Part shown: one piece after another, positions 47,554 to 57,040 of the stretch
How the letters are laid out: each line of letters starts with the position of its first letter
How positions within the stretch are numbered: position 1 is the first letter of the stretch
NCBI GenBank assembly: GCA_965216875.1
Contig: OZ244207.1
Coordinates: forward strand, 3,072,001 to 3,136,000
Length of the DNA stretch: 64,000 nt
Direction of reading: 5' to 3'
Source of the DNA: Rubripirellula sp.
GTDB lineage: Bacteria; Planctomycetota; Planctomycetia; Pirellulales; Pirellulaceae
Position numbers and translations under genes: made by a program
The notes under the pieces: generated by a model
Told to the model about the DNA's origin: nothing
The model's input: the letters and a program-made list of their open reading frames with translations, nothing else
Databases searched by the model: none

Positions 47554-47667
47554 GGCGAAAGTCCTCGCTAAAAGGAGAGATCGAGCCTGTCGAATGAGCA
47601 GGTTTGAGGCGGGGTGATTTCCCACCATCCTAACAGAACCGATGCGCCCGTTCACGCTTGAGGCAAA

Positions 47668-48312
47668 ATGACACTCCGTGATCAATTTCACAGTCTGCTC
47701 GACCAGCAAGACGCAATTCAATCGATCGATTCCGTCCTTTGGATTCAGCTAGCCGAAGCTGCCAAAGATCCATCGCACCCGTGGAATGAAGGATGCTTTG
47801 CATCGGTCGACGCGGCAAACCCATCATCGCCCATTCCTCAAGTTCGCACAGTGATCCTTCGCAATGCGAACGCCACATCACGAACGATCGATTTTTTCAC
47901 CGACTGTCGCAGCAAAAAGATCGAAGAACTTGCCTCCGTTGGTGTCCACGCCGCGGCGAGCTGGCTCTTCTACGATTCGACCTCAAAGATCCAACTTCGA
48001 ATCGTCGGTCGAACGGAAGTGATCGACGGCCCCGAAGCGGATGAAGCATGGAACGCGACACCCCTGTTTCGACGAGCCGCCTATTTGTCGCTCGCGACGC
48101 CGGGAACGATCAGCGATGCAGGCGATCCCCCCGACACCAGCGATCGCCAGGTCTCTCAAGCCGAATCCGAACGCGGGCGGGAGAATTTTCGCATCGTTCG
48201 CACCGCGGTCGAAGAAATCGACTGGCTTTATCTACGCGATGAAGGCCACGTGCGAGCGCGATTCGAGTACGCGCCAGACGGTACATTCTTATGTCGTTGG
48301 ATCGTTCCCTAA
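47668..48312 (+). CDS. Pyridoxamine 5'-phosphate oxidase-related FMN-binding protein
   Basis: P.VRTVILR, FFTD.RS.K, WLFYD...KIQLR, ENF, IDWLYL...GH.RARF. Confidence 0.85.
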   Translation: MTLRDQFHSLLDQQDAIQSIDSVLWIQLAEAAKDPSHPWNEGCFASVDAANPSSPIPQVRTVILRNANATSRTIDFFTDCRSKKIEELASVGVHAAASWLFYDSTSKIQLRIVGRTEVIDGPEADEAWNATPLFRRAAYLSLATPGTISDAGDPPDTSDRQVSQAESERGRENFRIVRTAVEEIDWLYLRDEGHVRARFEYAPDGTFLCRWIVP

Positions 48313-48357
48313 CGCACCAGCAAGAGACCACCTACATTCCCCCGACGAGGAATCGAC

Positions 48358-49311
48358 ATGTCGCGCGAGACCAACGCCGAAAAGGTCGCACGTTTCCAGG
48401 AAGCTCTCGATCAATTTGTCGAGCGTCTCGCTGACGACCGCTATGTCTTGGCCGTCGTCCTGGTCGGTAGTTTAAGTGAAGAAACCGTTTGGGAACGTGA
48501 AGGGCTTGGACTTTGGATCATCGAAGCTGACGGCGTTAGTAAGCGTCTTCGCAGTGACGGTAAAGACGAACGCATCTTCCGGATTCTGGTCGAGGAAGGC
48601 ATCAACGTCTACGCCGAAGTGATTCCACGATCACGTTTCAAGCAGATGGTCGAGGGTTCGTCGCGAACTGCTTTCTCGTGCAACTTTTTTGCGCACCGAC
48701 AACTCATTCATTCGACCGACCCGTCGATCGATCAATGGTTCGAAACAGCCAAAACGGTCGCAACCAAAGACAAAGAAAAAGAACTGCTCACCTTTACGAC
48801 TTGGACGATTCACGCCCATCGCCACGCCAAACGTCGTCTGGAGATCAAAGAGGACCTTGACCTCGCGCGAGAAGAGGTTCTCGAGGCGGCTCACAGTGTT
48901 GCCCACACCGAGATCATCCGCGCCGGAGAGGTCTGGGAACGAGAAGTCATCTACCGCGCAATCGATTTGAAACCTGAGCTGTTTCAAACGATCTACCTTG
49001 ACGTTCTTTCCAAACGCAAAAGCAAGAAGGTCCTCGCTTTGGCGCTCGACGCGGTTGGCGATTACGTTGACCAACACTACCAAGAACACCTCAAGCCACT
49101 GCTCATGTTTCTCAAGTCCCAAAACCGAGTTGTCGGCCTCTCCGAGATCAGTGACCACTTTGCATTTTCGCAGCTCTATCCTTGGCACTTGGTTTCAGCC
49201 TGCGACTGGCTCGACGAGAAAGGGCATCTCGAAAAGCTTTCGTCGCCCTTCACGTTAACCAAACGCAGCAACGACGATGTCGAAGAACCTGCCTATTTCA
49301 TGGACGTCTGA
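48358..49311 (+). CDS. Nucleotidyltransferase-like protein with degenerate catalytic motif, helical middle domain and wHTH-like C-terminus
   Basis: [24 protein letters not shown] resembles the pol-beta GS..D.D motif without the aspartates; C-terminal [13 protein letters not shown]. Confidence 0.55.
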   Translation: MSRETNAEKVARFQEALDQFVERLADDRYVLAVVLVGSLSEETVWEREGLGLWIIEADGVSKRLRSDGKDERIFRILVEEGINVYAEVIPRSRFKQMVEGSSRTAFSCNFFAHRQLIHSTDPSIDQWFETAKTVATKDKEKELLTFTTWTIHAHRHAKRRLEIKEDLDLAREEVLEAAHSVAHTEIIRAGEVWEREVIYRAIDLKPELFQTIYLDVLSKRKSKKVLALALDAVGDYVDQHYQEHLKPLLMFLKSQNRVVGLSEISDHFAFSQLYPWHLVSACDWLDEKGHLEKLSSPFTLTKRSNDDVEEPAYFMDV

Positions 49312-49368
49312 TCGCACGCCACGCGACTCGCACCCGCCTGTTTCGCAACCAAGATATCGAGCCAATTG

Positions 49369-52230
49369 ATGAGAACGACCATCGAAGTCCGGGGCGCCCG
49401 CGAGAACAACCTCCGCGACGTGGACGTCGAAATCCCCCGCGACAAACTGATTGTCGTCACCGGCGTGAGCGGCTCGGGCAAGTCTTCGCTTGCGTTTGAT
49501 ACGGTGTATGCAGAAGGACAACGCCGCCTGCTTGCATCCATGTCAACCTACGCAAAGCGTTTCATCGGGCAATTGAAAAAGCCCGATGTCGATTTCGTCA
49601 ATGGACTCTCTCCCGTCGTTTCCATCGACCAAAAAACGGTCGGTGCCAATCCGCGATCGACCGTCGGCACGATGACCGACATTTCAGACTACCTGCGAAT
49701 GCTGTTTGCGACCATGGGCACACCCCATTGCCCACGCTGTGAACAACCGATCGCAATCCGAACCGCCTACCAGATGGCCGAACGTTTGTTGTCACTGCCC
49801 AAGGGGACCGAGGTCGAAGTGCGGGCACCGGTCTACAAAATCTACGGTGAAGACTACGAATACCTGTTCGAGCAAATCCGAGTGAACGGCTACCGCCGAG
49901 CACGCATCAACGGCGAACCGGTCGACTTGGGCGACAACATTGAAATCGACGAGGACGAACAGCATGAGATCGAAGCAATTGTTGATTCGTTTGTGATTCA
50001 GCCAGGCATCGATCACCAACTTGTCACCTCTCTCGAGCATGGTTTGAAGCTGGGCGATGGGTTGATCAGTTTTCACGTCACCAAGCCCAAACGTGCCAGC
50101 GCGGCGATCAAGAAGTTCTACGATGGTTTTGGCTGCAGCAAACATCGGCTCGTCGCGGGGGAAATGAATCAAGCTCAATTCACTTTTAATGATCCCTCGG
50201 GCGCGTGTCCCACTTGCGCCGGAATCGGCACGGCGATGCGTGTGCACCCTAAATTGCTGGTTCCCGATCCCACGCGATCGCTCAGTGAAGGTGCGTTCGT
50301 GAAAGCGGCGATGAACAACAACCGCGATAGCTGGGGCGGCCGTTTGCTTCACAGCCTCTCGGCGCACTACGGCTTCAGCCTTGATGCCCCGTTCGAATCG
50401 CTCGCCCAAGAACATGTCGACATCCTGCTTTATGGCACCAAAGGTGAAAAGTTCAAGGTCGTCCTGCCGCCGAAGGCAAAGCAGGGCAAACAGCACGCCG
50501 GGAAAGAAATCAAGTTCAACGGCATCGTGAACCAGCTGGAGCATCACTATCACTGGTACCGCAAACAGGGCACGTCGAGCGCCGGCATGGAAGACTACCT
50601 CAAGAAGGTCATGGTCGAATACGATTGCCCAGAATGTGGCGGCGCCCGACTCAAACGCTCTCGGCGGCTCGTCAACGTGAACGACCAAAGCCTGTACCAA
50701 ATCGGTGAAATGCATTTGGTCGAACTGCTGCGATACCTCAAGACGATCAAGCCAAAAGCGAAGCACAAAGCCGTCGCACAAACCATTCTGAAAGAAGTGA
50801 CGACGCGTCTCGAACTACTGATCGCGATCGGGTTGGACTACCTCAATCTCAATCGCGGATCGTCGACGCTCTCGGGTGGCGAATCGCAACGGATTCGCTT
50901 GTCATCTCAGATCGGATCGGGATTGATGGGGATGCTTTACGTCTTGGACGAACCGAGTATCGGCTTGCATCCGAAAGACAACGTCAAGATGATCGACACC
51001 CTCAAACGGCTGCGCGACCTTGGCAACACGGTGATTGTGGTCGAACACGATTCGGACACCATCCAGGCGGCGGACCACATCGTCGAAATCGGCCCCGGCC
51101 CGGGCGTTCACGGAGGACAAGTCGTCGTCGACGGACCGCTCAAAACCATACTGAAGGACAAAACCTCAACGACTGGCGATTATCTGAGCGGGCGGAGGTC
51201 GATCGGTGTGCCGGCGCAGCGTCGGCCATCGTGCGGAGAATTCATTAGCGTCCTTGGCGCCCGGCACAACAATCTCAAGAACGTCGATGTCGACATTCCC
51301 TTGCGACAATTCGTCTGCGTGACCGGCGCATCGGGCTCCGGCAAGAGCTCGCTCGTCCACGAGGTGATTCAAAAGAAACTGGTCAGTCTGCTGCACGATA
51401 GCCGTGTCCTTTCGGGCGCGCATGACGAGTTGACCGGTGACCAATACGTTTCGGACGTCATCAACATCGATCAGGCACCGATCGGTCGCTCATCCCGATC
51501 CAACCCAGCCACCTACATCGGAATCTACGATGCGATCCGCAAGCTGTTCGCAGAAACCGAAGAATCAAAACGGCGTGGGTTCACAGCGTCCACATTCAGC
51601 TTCAACGTCAAAGGTGGTCGCTGCGAAGAGTGTTCGGGCGAAGGCACCATCACCACGCAACTGTCGTTCATGCCCGACGTCGAGGTGACATGCCCGACCT
51701 GCAAAGGTGCTCGCTACGACTCCGACACACTCGAAGTCGAATACCGCGGCAAGAATATCGCAGACATTCTCGAGATGTCGATCGAAGAAGGTGTCGAGTT
51801 CTTTGCCGAGCAAAAAACGATTGCTCGGAAGATTGGGACAATGAATGAGCTTGGCCTCGGATACCTGACACTTGGACATGCATCCACCATCCTTTCGGGC
51901 GGTGAAGCACAACGCGTCAAACTCGCTGCCGAATTGGGCAAACTCAAACGAGGGAAACACAACCTCTACATCTTGGATGAACCAACGACGGGCCTGCATT
52001 TCGCTGACATCGACCGTTTGCTGGACAGCCTCAATCGGTTGGTCGACAATGGGCACAGCGTGGTCGTGATCGAGCACAACTTGGATGTCATCAAGACAGC
52101 CGACTTCGTGATCGACCTCGGTCCCGAAGGTGGGCACAAAGGGGGCGAGCTGATCGTTGCCGGCACACCAGAAGAAGTCGCGGCGTGCAAGAAATCGCAT
52201 ACCGGGCGTTTCCTGGCCGAATACGTTTGA
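49369..52230 (+). CDS. uvrA: Excinuclease ABC subunit A
   Basis: [29 protein letters not shown], zinc-binding Cys pairs, [22 protein letters not shown], second cassette [31 protein letters not shown]. Confidence 0.95.
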   Translation: MRTTIEVRGARENNLRDVDVEIPRDKLIVVTGVSGSGKSSLAFDTVYAEGQRRLLASMSTYAKRFIGQLKKPDVDFVNGLSPVVSIDQKTVGANPRSTVGTMTDISDYLRMLFATMGTPHCPRCEQPIAIRTAYQMAERLLSLPKGTEVEVRAPVYKIYGEDYEYLFEQIRVNGYRRARINGEPVDLGDNIEIDEDEQHEIEAIVDSFVIQPGIDHQLVTSLEHGLKLGDGLISFHVTKPKRASAAIKKFYDGFGCSKHRLVAGEMNQAQFTFNDPSGACPTCAGIGTAMRVHPKLLVPDPTRSLSEGAFVKAAMNNNRDSWGGRLLHSLSAHYGFSLDAPFESLAQEHVDILLYGTKGEKFKVVLPPKAKQGKQHAGKEIKFNGIVNQLEHHYHWYRKQGTSSAGMEDYLKKVMVEYDCPECGGARLKRSRRLVNVNDQSLYQIGEMHLVELLRYLKTIKPKAKHKAVAQTILKEVTTRLELLIAIGLDYLNLNRGSSTLSGGESQRIRLSSQIGSGLMGMLYVLDEPSIGLHPKDNVKMIDTLKRLRDLGNTVIVVEHDSDTIQAADHIVEIGPGPGVHGGQVVVDGPLKTILKDKTSTTGDYLSGRRSIGVPAQRRPSCGEFISVLGARHNNLKNVDVDIPLRQFVCVTGASGSGKSSLVHEVIQKKLVSLLHDSRVLSGAHDELTGDQYVSDVINIDQAPIGRSSRSNPATYIGIYDAIRKLFAETEESKRRGFTASTFSFNVKGGRCEECSGEGTITTQLSFMPDVEVTCPTCKGARYDSDTLEVEYRGKNIADILEMSIEEGVEFFAEQKTIARKIGTMNELGLGYLTLGHASTILSGGEAQRVKLAAELGKLKRGKHNLYILDEPTTGLHFADIDRLLDSLNRLVDNGHSVVVIEHNLDVIKTADFVIDLGPEGGHKGGELIVAGTPEEVAACKKSHTGRFLAEYV

Positions 52231-52277
52231 TGGTGCACGCTGATGCTGGTTCTTAAACACCCAAAACAAGGGAAACG

Positions 52278-53447
52278 ATGAAGTCTTCATCGAGCATTGC
52301 TGTCCTCATCATTGGCATGATCACGTGCACCAACGTGATCGCTCAAACAGAAGATGCCGAGAATGGATCGCCGCTACTGAGAGAGATAGCCGCTTCCATT
52401 CGCGAAGCCAAAACGGTTTCGAGCACGGTCACGCCGTACTTCAAAGGCACTGACGAAGAAACGGGCGAAGCGTGGCTGCGAGCAGGCGCCGCCAGCACGC
52501 TCGACGCCAGAGTACCCGATCTCTATCGCGACACGCGGTACGCACCCGATGGTACTGAATTGCTCATTCAAATCATTGATACCAAGAAGGGCAAGACGCT
52601 TCATCTAGACATGAAGAACTCCACTGCGACCTGGAGAGACCAATCGATCAATGTCTATGGTGGTGATGTGCTTGAGTTTTATGCAAAGCTCGTGGAGAGC
52701 ATGCCGCCCAAACGCGTTGGACAAACTACGGTCGACGGAGTCGAACTCGATGTCTACCGAAAGCCGTCGAAGAACGGACGAAGCTTGGACGTGTGGATTG
52801 ACACGGCCAACAAGAAGCTTGTCGGAATCAGCATCCCCGGGGGCGACGTCCTTGATCTGTCAAAGATCCAAGACAACTCGAACGCGAAAGGGGGCGCCAT
52901 TCGTGGCCGCCCGGTCGGTCAGGTGCGTGGAAACCTCAAGTTTGACGAGAAGTTTGATGACGGCTGGTTCTCGCAAGTGATTCCTGACGGGTTCGAGGTC
53001 GCGAAAGCCGAGCCAAGTCTCAATCCGCGAACGCCGCGAACTCCGATCGAAAAGATCGAATTGAACGAAAAGGCGATTGTCGATTTCTTTCGCGAGTCAG
53101 CCAAAGTCAACGACAACACTTACTACCAAAACGCTCGCGGGATCCCAAACGAGAAGCTTCGAGTGATGATACAGAGCCCACCTTCGGACCAGTCCGAAGC
53201 GGAGGCACGGTTCGCCAAACTCTATTTGTCGCACATGCGTGCTCGCAACTTGCCGATCGCGAGAAGATTCGCCATCAAGTTCGCCGAAGCGGGCACCTTC
53301 AAGTACGTCGGCTCAGGAGTCAAACTTGGCGACGTCGAATCGTTGGTCTTTTGGTACAAGTCCAAAGAGAGCGGGATGTGGCGTGCCATGTATGGCGATG
53401 CGACGATTCGGGACGTCTCCGAAGACGATCTCCCCAAAACGCAGTAG
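52278..53447 (+). CDS. Secreted protein with LolA-like N-terminal fold (hypothetical)
   Basis: Signal peptide; beta-rich region ending FD..FDDGWFSQVIPDGF; C-terminal YVGSGVKLGD...VFWYK....WRAMYGD. Confidence 0.6.
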   Translation: MKSSSSIAVLIIGMITCTNVIAQTEDAENGSPLLREIAASIREAKTVSSTVTPYFKGTDEETGEAWLRAGAASTLDARVPDLYRDTRYAPDGTELLIQIIDTKKGKTLHLDMKNSTATWRDQSINVYGGDVLEFYAKLVESMPPKRVGQTTVDGVELDVYRKPSKNGRSLDVWIDTANKKLVGISIPGGDVLDLSKIQDNSNAKGGAIRGRPVGQVRGNLKFDEKFDDGWFSQVIPDGFEVAKAEPSLNPRTPRTPIEKIELNEKAIVDFFRESAKVNDNTYYQNARGIPNEKLRVMIQSPPSDQSEAEARFAKLYLSHMRARNLPIARRFAIKFAEAGTFKYVGSGVKLGDVESLVFWYKSKESGMWRAMYGDATIRDVSEDDLPKTQ

Positions 53448-53458
53448 CGGCGACATCA

Positions 53459-54196
53459 CTAACGAGGCGCGCTGAACAGGACTTCGCCAGTGGCGTAATC
53501 GTCACTGATCACACCGGTTCGTTGACGCAGCAATTCGCGGGTCTGCGAAAAGCCTTGGATGCGAGTAATGTGTCGCAATTCAGCGTTCGCAGTGACGCCT
53601 TCGAAGTGCGTGAGCAATTCGGCAAGTTGCTCCACGTCGCCCGATTCCATCAGACCCTCAAGTCGCTCGGTGCCAAGGTATTCCTGCCAGACTTCACCAT
53701 CTTCGATCTCGCCCAATCCGCGATGCAACGTCGCGACGGGTGTGGCCAAGCCAGCGAAGTCTTCTGTTGCTCGATGTGTCTGTTCGGCTCGCACGTATGG
53801 CGGAGGTGCCATGGCATGCGGTTTAAGCTGCAGGCGTGGCTTCTGGCCTCGTGGCAATGAGTTGAGGTACCGCTCGCGCTGGGCAGCATCATGGCGACGA
53901 CCAGGAAACGCGCTGTCGTAGCGATGGCGTTCACGAAAGTACGGGTCGTTCAACAAATCAGGCGCTTCGAAGGATCCAAAGCGATAGGGATCGTGAACGT
54001 AGCTGTCAAATCGGTTGGGATTGAATGTCCCCGGTGGATCATTGCGGTACACAGGATCGCTTTGAATACCGAATCCGAAACCGAATAACCCACGTCCACC
54101 GCGAAACCGCTGAGCCTCGGCGGGGCTGCAACATTGGATCGAGACAATCAACGCGACGATTGCAAACGAGAAACGCAACACGGCAGGCACCTTCAA
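53459..54196 (-). CDS. Secreted hypothetical protein
   Basis: Signal peptide ending AEAQ; Tyr/Asp/Pro-rich region; helical C-domain (WQEYL). Confidence 0.6.
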   Translation of the reverse strand: MKVPAVLRFSFAIVALIVSIQCCSPAEAQRFRGGRGLFGFGFGIQSDPVYRNDPPGTFNPNRFDSYVHDPYRFGSFEAPDLLNDPYFRERHRYDSAFPGRRHDAAQRERYLNSLPRGQKPRLQLKPHAMAPPPYVRAEQTHRATEDFAGLATPVATLHRGLGEIEDGEVWQEYLGTERLEGLMESGDVEQLAELLTHFEGVTANAELRHITRIQGFSQTRELLRQRTGVISDDYATGEVLFSAPR

Positions 54197-54338
54197 GGAT
54201 CGATTTGAAATTTCGACCAGGACATTGGTCGACTCGAAACTCTAGGTTTCTGCTTTGCATCGCGCGAGGTGAATGTGGAGCGAATCACACCGGATGATCG
54301 TCAATGTCGTCACAACCGTTCCTTGCAAGGTCGGCTAC

Positions 54339-55148
54339 CTAACGCGACGTGTGCTTGATGATGAAATCAACGATCGGCGTCGGATCCTCGAGGCCATGTG
54401 GATGATGACCGACACCAGGCTTGGCGATCAATTCAATGCTGCCGCCAAGTTGCTTGTAACGCCGAGCAACGACGCCCGTGTTCTCGTCCCATGGCACCAC
54501 CTTGTCGGCATCGCCGTAAACATGAAGAAGTGGCACACCTGCATCCGCCAAAGGCTTCAGGTTGTCGACTGGATTCTTGTCATAGGCATTGGCAGCCGCA
54601 TCGTTCACGAATCCATAAACTTCGAGGACGAGATCCCAGTCGCGTTTGCTGCCTTTTCCGTTGCCCTGACCACCGGGCCAACTCTTGAAATCACAGACGG
54701 GCGCGTCGCCATAAAGGCAGGCCACCTTTTGGGGATTCGCCGCAGCCCAGTTGTAACAGTACAAGCCGCCACGGCTCAGCCCAACAAGCGCGACCTTGCT
54801 GGACAAGCCATACCTTTCTCTCAAGTCCTCGTAAAACCTGTTCCAATGCCGAACGGCGACGGGTGCACCTAGTAGATTGGGCACTTTCAAGTAGGCGATG
54901 TGATAACCCCGTTTGAGCAGCTCGATGTCTGGCGCAGGTTTGTGCCCAAAAAACTCACCGTGCCAGACCCATGGTTTGCCATCGACGGGTTCCTTCGGCA
55001 TGACAACCGTCCCCACGTTACCGTCGACATCGAAGTCAACGCGTCGGAATCCATGCCACATGCTCACCTTGTCGCCGGGCGTTTCCGCAGTGGCAATCGC
55101 AGAAAGCCCTAAAAACAAACATCCAAGGATCGACACGCGCAACATCAA
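54339..55148 (-). CDS. Secreted alpha/beta hydrolase (esterase/peptidase S9-like)
   Basis: Signal peptide; nucleophile GLSRGG; GDAD.VVP; GHHPHG. Confidence 0.85.
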   Translation of the reverse strand: MMLRVSILGCLFLGLSAIATAETPGDKVSMWHGFRRVDFDVDGNVGTVVMPKEPVDGKPWVWHGEFFGHKPAPDIELLKRGYHIAYLKVPNLLGAPVAVRHWNRFYEDLRERYGLSSKVALVGLSRGGLYCYNWAAANPQKVACLYGDAPVCDFKSWPGGQGNGKGSKRDWDLVLEVYGFVNDAAANAYDKNPVDNLKPLADAGVPLLHVYGDADKVVPWDENTGVVARRYKQLGGSIELIAKPGVGHHPHGLEDPTPIVDFIIKHTSR

Positions 55149-55335
55149 CTCTTCCTATTCGGTAACAACTTGGCCGCTCGAAGCAGCTACATGCTAACTG
55201 AACCGGATACACCGTTCGCTGCTGGAAGAGAATCTCATCATCGACGCGCACGAAGTGCGCCGTCTCGCGCGGGGTCTCGCGTAAGATTTCGCGGGATCCT
55301 AAGCACGCGTTCGATCGATTCTTGGAATGCTCAAG

Positions 55336-55695
55336 TTACTGCGGCGGTGGCGAGAGGTCGGCGACCTCCCGGATTTCGACCGTTCCTCCCATTTCGTAGA
55401 TGGGGCAGCCCATGGCGAGCTCACAGGCCTGGTCATAACCCGACGCCTCGATGATTGAGTAGCCGCCCACCAGTTCTTTCGATTCAACGTGTGGGCCGTC
55501 GACGATCGATTTGTCGGCCTGGACCACGCGGCCTTCCTTGGTCAGTGCATCTCCCATTGCGGTGACCCAGCCAGCCTCTTGCCCAGCACCGAGCCAGTCC
55601 CACCATTTCTGAATGTGAGCTTGCATTTGGTCTGGCGAGACTTCGGTATCACTTTTTGAAGCCGGATCACGGTAGATGAACAAGAATTTCGGCAT
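55336..55695 (-). CDS. YciI/DGPF family protein
   Basis: MPKFLFIYR, VDGPHVESKELVGGYSII.A....A.E.A..CP....G.VEIR; GGGAG RBS before ATG 55695. Confidence 0.9.
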   Translation of the reverse strand: MPKFLFIYRDPASKSDTEVSPDQMQAHIQKWWDWLGAGQEAGWVTAMGDALTKEGRVVQADKSIVDGPHVESKELVGGYSIIEASGYDQACELAMGCPIYEMGGTVEIREVADLSPPPQ

Positions 55696-55752
55696 GGATA
55701 GGTACTCCCAATAGGTTGTGTGCAAGACGACACTCGTCTCGTCTGGTTAGCT

Positions 55753-55779
55753 GACGAACGAGTCTCACACGGGGAGACA
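55753..55779 (-). promoter_or_regulatory. Candidate ECF sigma promoter (TGTC-type -35, CGTC -10) for the YciI gene
   Basis: The minus strand reads AAAAAAA-TGTCTCC-N16-CGTC about 57 nt upstream of the start codon. Confidence 0.55.
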
Positions 55780-55913
55780 TTTTTTTGCCGATTTCTTGTT
55801 TCGACGCCATCACCCCAAGAAAGTGGGCTGGGATGAGAACAGGGGCGGTCGCTTCCGGCGCCAGGCGGTGGGTGTTGTGGACCGCTTTTTACGGGTGCGT
55901 GCGAGCACACGTC

Positions 55914-56333
55914 CTACTTTTTGAGACCGCGGACGATTGTTTCGAGCACTCTCGCGGTGTCGCCCTCGTTTCTGGAGTCGATTTTGAGGGTTCGGCGATC
56001 GGGAAGCCGAAGTGAGAGGCGGACCACGGGCGAGCCGCGACGGACGAACTCCTTAATCTTGCCGAGCTTCAGGACACGCCAGGGCAACGAAACGGCGCGG
56101 CAACCGCTGTGGCGTTCTGTATAGGGCATCGAGATGAGGTACTTGACGCGTTCGACGAAGTGAATGCCACCCTCAAGCGCCCAGACCGGTGCCTTGAAAC
56201 AACAACCGCGGTACTCGGTTTGGATCAGCGACGCACTCACCACATCGCACAAGCACTTCCCTTGTTCGGCACCAAATTGCGGCAGGTTCGGCGCATATTC
56301 AACCTGAGCGGACGCTTGCCAAGTGATGTTCAT
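55914..56333 (-). CDS. Hypothetical protein (possible PH-like domain)
   Basis: ATGA overlap with the upstream ORF; beta-rich composition; no family recognised. Confidence 0.5.
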   Translation of the reverse strand: MNITWQASAQVEYAPNLPQFGAEQGKCLCDVVSASLIQTEYRGCCFKAPVWALEGGIHFVERVKYLISMPYTERHSGCRAVSLPWRVLKLGKIKEFVRRGSPVVRLSLRLPDRRTLKIDSRNEGDTARVLETIVRGLKK

Positions 56334-56947
56334 TTGAGGTTCTTTCGGTATTCACTTGGGTTTTGAACGATGTAGTCGACGCGCAGCGACAGGTTGGCCA
56401 ACACGATGTCGGGATCACCTGTGTAACTCGTATCGAACTGAATCTTCTTGCCGCGCTTCGGGAACACGGTCACATACTTGGTGACGTACTTCTCATCAGG
56501 CAACTGCCGCGACTCGATCACTATTCGCTCGATCTCATCCCAGAAAACCATTTGCGAACCGCGTTTGGTGACCTTCTCAATTCCTTTTTGAGTCACCTCG
56601 ATCCCTCGCCCTTCACCGCCGAATCGCCGAGCCAACAGAGCGCTCGTCACCGAAAGGAGAACGCCACCAAGCATGGACCCGACCACGTTGGGAATCTTGA
56701 CATTCGGGTTTTCCCCCGCTTGCGCAAGGGCGAGTGCGCCAGTACCGATGAACCAAAACCCGAGAAAGCAAAGCCCAATCAAAGGCAACGCAAACCACGT
56801 CAGCGCGCCGTCGCAGTAACAAGAACTCTTGAAGGAGTCTTCGTTCCGTTGCGATAGAACGGATTCGCAGTCGGTGTCCTCACTGGCAGCGAGTCCGAAG
56901 AGCGAGAAATCTTCGTTCTGTGACGATTGACTTCCGAGGCGGGGCAT
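56330..56947 (-). CDS. Hypothetical two-TM membrane protein with PH-like C-domain
   Basis: Two hydrophobic helices followed by IEVTQKGI...VFWDEIERI. Start uncertain. Confidence 0.6.
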   Translation of the reverse strand: MPRLGSQSSQNEDFSLFGLAASEDTDCESVLSQRNEDSFKSSCYCDGALTWFALPLIGLCFLGFWFIGTGALALAQAGENPNVKIPNVVGSMLGGVLLSVTSALLARRFGGEGRGIEVTQKGIEKVTKRGSQMVFWDEIERIVIESRQLPDEKYVTKYVTVFPKRGKKIQFDTSYTGDPDIVLANLSLRVDYIVQNPSEYRKNLK

Positions 56948-57040
56948 TGATCGAATCCACTAAGTGGGAACAGAAGGATCACCCAACTTTAGGACACGAT
57001 CTCGCCCCCCACCAGATTTTTCGCGGATTTCGCCCGCGAC

